Shown here one piece after another: positions 60,186 through 64,000 of a stretch of DNA of 64,000 nt. This DNA is from an uncultured Isosphaeraceae bacterium (GTDB lineage Bacteria; Planctomycetota; Phycisphaerae; Phycisphaerales; SM1A02). Position 1 is the stretch's first letter. Each line of letters begins with the position of its first letter. A program made the position numbers and the translations under genes. The notes beneath the pieces were generated by a model. That model was not told the DNA's origin. It saw nothing but the letters and a program-made list of their open reading frames with translations, and searched no databases. The stretch is taken from positions 1,174 to 65,173 of the forward strand of contig CAZNPU010000010.1 of the NCBI GenBank assembly GCA_964575335.1, written 5' to 3'.

Positions 60186-61106
60186 ATGTCTACGATCGCA
60201 CGAGAAGTTCCTGCTCACGCACAGAGCAGCGCAGATGCCGCCTCAGCAGCGCCGGTGACCGCAATGCCAATCACCAAGCCCGTCACATTGCGAACCATCG
60301 CCAAGTGGGTCGCAAGCAGCGAGAAATTCGCCTGCCTGACCTGCTATGACGCCACGACCGCGCGCTGGCTGCAGCAAGCCGGCGTGCCTGTGCTGCTGGT
60401 AGGCGACACCGCAGCGGAGATGATTCTGGGGTTGCCCGGCACGATTCATGCGCCACTGGATTTTCTGATCACGCTCACTGCAGCAGTCAAGCGAGGCGCG
60501 CCCAATTGCTTCGTCATCGGTGATATGCCTTTTATGAGCTATCAGACTGACGATGCGGAAGGCATTCGCAACGCAGGCCGTTTCATGACCGAAGGCTTTG
60601 CCGACGCGGTAAAGCTTGAAGTCGATGCGAGCTTTGCGCCGCTGGTGCGCAAGATGAGCCGCGCCGGCGTGCCGGTCGTGGCGCATATCGGTTCGCGTCC
60701 GCAGCAATCGAAAATGCGCGGCGGATACAGTTCAGTCGGCCGATCCGCTGATGAGGCTCGCAGCATGGTTGATGACGCATTGGCAATGCAGGATGCCGGC
60801 GCATCGATGCTGCTGATCGAAGCATGCCCCAACGAAGTTTCACAGCGCATCGTGGAAAAGACGTCAGCTTCCATTCCGCTGATCGGCTGCGGCGGCGGCG
60901 CAGCATGCCACGGACAGATCGTGGTGCTGCAGGATCTGCTCGGCCTGACCAACTGGCAGCCGGCGTTCGCCCAGCCGGTGATTCATCTTGGCCAGCACCT
61001 CACGCAGGCGGCCCAGCAGTGGATCACTAACGTGAAAACTTCCAACCTCGGCGAGCATCCTTATACGATGTCCGAAGAAGAACGGCAGCGCTTTGATGCG
61101 CCGTGA
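60186..61106 (+). CDS. panB: 3-methyl-2-oxobutanoate hydroxymethyltransferase
   Basis: The ATG at 60186 gives MSTIAREV... Signatures are LTCYDATTARWLQQAGVPVLLVGDTAAEMILG...GDMPFMSYQ...VKLE...AHIG. Confidence 0.95.
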   Translation: MSTIAREVPAHAQSSADAASAAPVTAMPITKPVTLRTIAKWVASSEKFACLTCYDATTARWLQQAGVPVLLVGDTAAEMILGLPGTIHAPLDFLITLTAAVKRGAPNCFVIGDMPFMSYQTDDAEGIRNAGRFMTEGFADAVKLEVDASFAPLVRKMSRAGVPVVAHIGSRPQQSKMRGGYSSVGRSADEARSMVDDALAMQDAGASMLLIEACPNEVSQRIVEKTSASIPLIGCGGGAACHGQIVVLQDLLGLTNWQPAFAQPVIHLGQHLTQAAQQWITNVKTSNLGEHPYTMSEEERQRFDAP

Positions 61107-61281
61107 TTCGTGCAGCCAAGGGGCAGTGCAGAAGCGCTTCATGCTGAACTGAAGGGAAAAGACCTGCGCTGTGCAGCGATTATCATCGCGCAGCGCCGCT
61201 GTTCGTTCACTGCCGCGGCCTTGCGGTGATTTCCAGTGTGCCGTCTTATCGGCTCGAAGCGCTGCCACTTGAATCGCAGCG

Positions 61282-62958
61282 TCACACCTGCAGCACGCCG
61301 GTTTTGAATTCACCCGCGGGCGGAATCGGGCAGGTTGAGGCAATCTCCAGTGAGCGGATCAGTTCCTCGCGTGTTTTGTCCGGCTCGATGATGCGATCCA
61401 CCCACAACCGTGCTGCGCCGTAGCGGATGTCCTGCTGTTCGGTGTAGCTCTTGGTGATGGCTGCGAGCAGTTCCTTGCGCATGTTTTCATCGACCTTTTC
61501 ACCTCGCCGCTCACGTGCAGCGAGGTCGATCTGCAGCAGCACGCTTGCAGCCTGGCCCGCGCCCATCACGCTGCATTTTGCGCCCGGCCACGCCAGCGAC
61601 AGCAGCGGATCAAACGCTCTTCCGCACATGGCGTAGTTGCCTGCACCGTAACTGCCGCCCACGATCAGCGCGATCTTCGGCACGATGCAGTTGCTCATGG
61701 CGTTCACCATCTTCGCGCCGGAGCGAATGATGCCCGCCTGTTCGCTGTCGCGCCCCACCATGAAGCCGGTGGTGTCGTGCACGAAGATGATTGGAATGCG
61801 TTTCTGGTTGCAATCCATGATGAAGCGCGCCGCTTTATCCGCAGAATCGTCATAGATGACCGCAGGCATGTTCACTGCAGTTGACGGGCCTGCCTTGCCT
61901 CCGGGCATTTTCTTCTGCGTGAGCTTGCGCTGGTTTGCCACAATTCCGCACGGCCACCCGCCGATGCGGGCATACGCGCACACAAGGCTCTTGCCGTAGT
62001 CAGCTTTGTATTCATTAAAGCTCTCATCATCGACAATGCATTCGAGCAGCTCGACCATGTCGTACTGCTGAGTCATTTCGCTCTTGAAGATGCGATAGAC
62101 TTCGTCTGCCTTGCGCTTGGGCTTGACCGGTTCAAACGGCGGATCGCCCACCGGCAACACGCTCATGTTGGCGTGCATAATCGAGCGCAGTCGCTTGATG
62201 CAGGATGGATCGTCCTTTTCCTTGAAGTCGATGGTGCCGGAGATCTCCGCATGCATGCTGGCTCCGCCAAGCTCCTCGTTGCCGACATCCTGGCCGATGG
62301 CTGCCTTCACCAGTGCGGGACCAGCCAGGTACAGCCCGCTGCCTTCGGTCATCAGCAGCGTATCGCAGAGCACGGGCAGGTAGCCGCCGCCGGCCACGCA
62401 GTTGCCCATGATGGCAGCGATCTGCGTGATGCCCTTGGCTGAGAGAACCGCGTTGTTGCGGAAGATGCGGCCGAAGTCGTCGGTATCGGGAAAGACATCT
62501 TCCTGCAGGGGCAGGTACACGCCTGCAGAGTCCACCAGATAAATCAGCGGCAGGCGGGCGCGTTCCGCGATTGTCTGGGCGCGAATGATCTTTTTGCACG
62601 TCATCGGGAAAAACGCGCCGGCCTTCACGGTGGCGTCGTTGGCGATGATCATGCACGTCTTGCCGCCCACGGTACCGATGGTGGTGACCACGCCCGCCGA
62701 GGGAGCGCCGCCGTGCTCGTTGTACATGTTCCACGCAGCGAACAGACCGCATTCGAACAGCGGCGTATTGGAATCAACGAGCAAGTCGATGCGCTCGCGT
62801 GCGGTCAGGCGGCCGTGTCGATGCTGGCGTTCCGCACCTTTCGGTCCGCCGCCGGCGCGGATGATTCGAGCCTGCTCGATGTATTCAGCGGTGGCGGCCT
62901 GGAGAGCGGTGGGGGTGGAAGGTGTCGAAGATGCTTTGGAAGAAGCCGTTGCGGTCAT
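61282..62958 (-). CDS. Acyl-CoA carboxylase carboxyltransferase (beta) subunit, MccB/PccB-like
   Basis: GRLTARERIDLLVDSNTPLFECG...IIANDATVKAGAFFP...YLVDSAGVYLP... is the two-domain crotonase-like carboxyltransferase pattern. Confidence 0.9.
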   Translation of the reverse strand: MTATASSKASSTPSTPTALQAATAEYIEQARIIRAGGGPKGAERQHRHGRLTARERIDLLVDSNTPLFECGLFAAWNMYNEHGGAPSAGVVTTIGTVGGKTCMIIANDATVKAGAFFPMTCKKIIRAQTIAERARLPLIYLVDSAGVYLPLQEDVFPDTDDFGRIFRNNAVLSAKGITQIAAIMGNCVAGGGYLPVLCDTLLMTEGSGLYLAGPALVKAAIGQDVGNEELGGASMHAEISGTIDFKEKDDPSCIKRLRSIMHANMSVLPVGDPPFEPVKPKRKADEVYRIFKSEMTQQYDMVELLECIVDDESFNEYKADYGKSLVCAYARIGGWPCGIVANQRKLTQKKMPGGKAGPSTAVNMPAVIYDDSADKAARFIMDCNQKRIPIIFVHDTTGFMVGRDSEQAGIIRSGAKMVNAMSNCIVPKIALIVGGSYGAGNYAMCGRAFDPLLSLAWPGAKCSVMGAGQAASVLLQIDLAARERRGEKVDENMRKELLAAITKSYTEQQDIRYGAARLWVDRIIEPDKTREELIRSLEIASTCPIPPAGEFKTGVLQV

Positions 62959-63175
62959 GCGGGAAGGATATCAGACACACGCCGGTTCGGCGGCGCGGTT
63001 GCCCAGCTTTGATGCCTATGGCGTTGTGCCTGCTGCGCTGCCGGCTCAGGCCGCGGTCTGCAATTTCGCGGTGCGATGTCCGAAAAATCTTGCTGCCGGC
63101 ACATTGCGTGGCATGATGTGTAAAGCTGGGTAACCGACGGTTCCCGCAATATGGGCAATGCTTGGGAGGTGCGGC

Positions 63176-64000
63176 ATGCAGGACGAACTGACGATCGACC
63201 GACTGCTTCTAAAGATGCAGGAGGTGGAAGCCAGCGATTTGCATATCAAGGTCGGTTCGCCACCGGTGCTGCGCATCGCGTCGCAACTGCACGAGATCAA
63301 CGTGCCGCCGCTGACGAATGAAGCGGCTCGAGCCATGCTCATGCAGATCGTGCCCAAGCATCTGCAGGATCAACTGCAACAGCGAGGCGGGGTGGATTTT
63401 TCTCATACGCCTGCGCCGGGGCAGCGGTATCGCTGCAGCGTCTTTCATGCTGGCGGGGGACTGCATGCTGCAATCAGACGCGTGAATCCCAAGATCCCCA
63501 GCTTTGAAGAATTGCATCTGCCGCCCGTATACGAGCACGTAGCGGAGCACACGCACGAAGGACTGGTGGCGATCTGCGGCGTGACGGGCAGCGGCAAGAG
63601 TTCAACGCTCGCTGCCATCATCGAGCACATGAACCAGAAGCACGCCTATAACATCATCACCATTGAAGATCCGGTGGAATATCTGTTTACGCCGAAAAAG
63701 TCATACATCAGCCAGCGCGAGATCGGACTGGATGTGATCGATTTTCCCGCAGCGCTGCGGGCCGCGGTTCGACAGGATCCCGATGTGATCATGATCGGCG
63801 AGATGCGTGATCGTGAGACGATGATGGCGGGGCTGATGGCTGCAGAAACCGGGCACGTGGTGTTTGTGACGCTGCACACTGCGGATGCCATGCAGAGCTT
63901 TGCCCGCATTCTGGAGTTCTTTCCCTCCAATGAGCATCAGTTCATTCGATCAAGCATGGCCAACGGATTGCGGGCGGTCATGGCGCAGCGGCTGCTGCCG
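63176..64000 (+). CDS. pilT: Type IV pilus retraction ATPase PilT-like, truncated by the right edge
   Basis: Absent from the ORF track because the frame is open at the window end. My translation from ATG 63176 (GGGAGG upstream) gives MQDELTIDRLLLKMQEVEASDLHIKVGSPPVLRI...GVTGSGKSSTLAAII...ITIEDPVEY...SQREIG...ALRAAVRQDPDVIMIGEMRD...ETGHVVFVTLHT. Confidence 0.9.
   Translation, partial: MQDELTIDRLLLKMQEVEASDLHIKVGSPPVLRIASQLHEINVPPLTNEAARAMLMQIVPKHLQDQLQQRGGVDFSHTPAPGQRYRCSVFHAGGGLHAAIRRVNPKIPSFEELHLPPVYEHVAEHTHEGLVAICGVTGSGKSSTLAAIIEHMNQKHAYNIITIEDPVEYLFTPKKSYISQREIGLDVIDFPAALRAAVRQDPDVIMIGEMRDRETMMAGLMAAETGHVVFVTLHTADAMQSFARILEFFPSNEHQFIRSSMANGLRAVMAQRLLP

Overview
This is a dense, high-GC bacterial chromosomal segment. 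Spot counts give about 60-63% GC in housekeeping genes and about 47-55% in some repeat-rich genes. I support roughly 50 protein-coding genes. I recognise no rRNA, tRNA, CRISPR array, transposase or integrase.

Most of the window is core metabolism and translation:
- rlmE (partial, left edge), an acyl-CoA mutase catalytic chain, ispF, an HD-only SpoT-like hydrolase, htrA and tmk
- clpS, ybdK-like, alaS and a tpiA-secG-yicC cluster
- leuS, folC, a LOG-family gene, galK and a Nif3-family gene
- PIN-PhoH2, a ribBA-type fusion, panB, an acyl-CoA carboxyltransferase and pilT (partial, right edge)

The ORF track uses the longest ATG/GTG/TTG ORF. Many true starts therefore lie internal to the listed ORFs, and I refined them where an SD sequence, homologue N-termini or gene overlaps supported it. 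The long antisense ORFs are typical high-GC artefacts.

Four loci are worth a second look:
1. Two tandem ~855-aa secreted helical paralogs, built from four copies of a ~400-aa LTxxQ-rich module (53993-59371). They lie directly downstream of a cyclase-domain/Ser-Thr kinase/TPR gene that is interrupted by a +1 frameshift at about 51454-51461.
2. A signal-peptide 13-ankyrin-repeat protein, followed by a 1120-aa two-module beta-helix protein. The latter has more than 20 chlamydial-Pmp-like FxxN/GGA(I/L/V) repeats and a C-terminal dockerin-like pair (37691-42647).
3. A three-gene uncharacterised module (27981-30455). Its downstream pair is translationally coupled, and two membrane-anchored DUF2007-like proteins flank a DUF4026/DUF2314-like protein.
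4. A RibB-GTP cyclohydrolase II fusion whose cyclohydrolase half lacks the zinc-binding cysteines.

The gene content (dockerin-tagged beta-helix, STK-TPR, Tat-signal TIM-barrel enzymes) suggests a PVC-group or Planctomycetota-like organism. That is inference only. All family assignments come from motif recognition by eye, with no database search.
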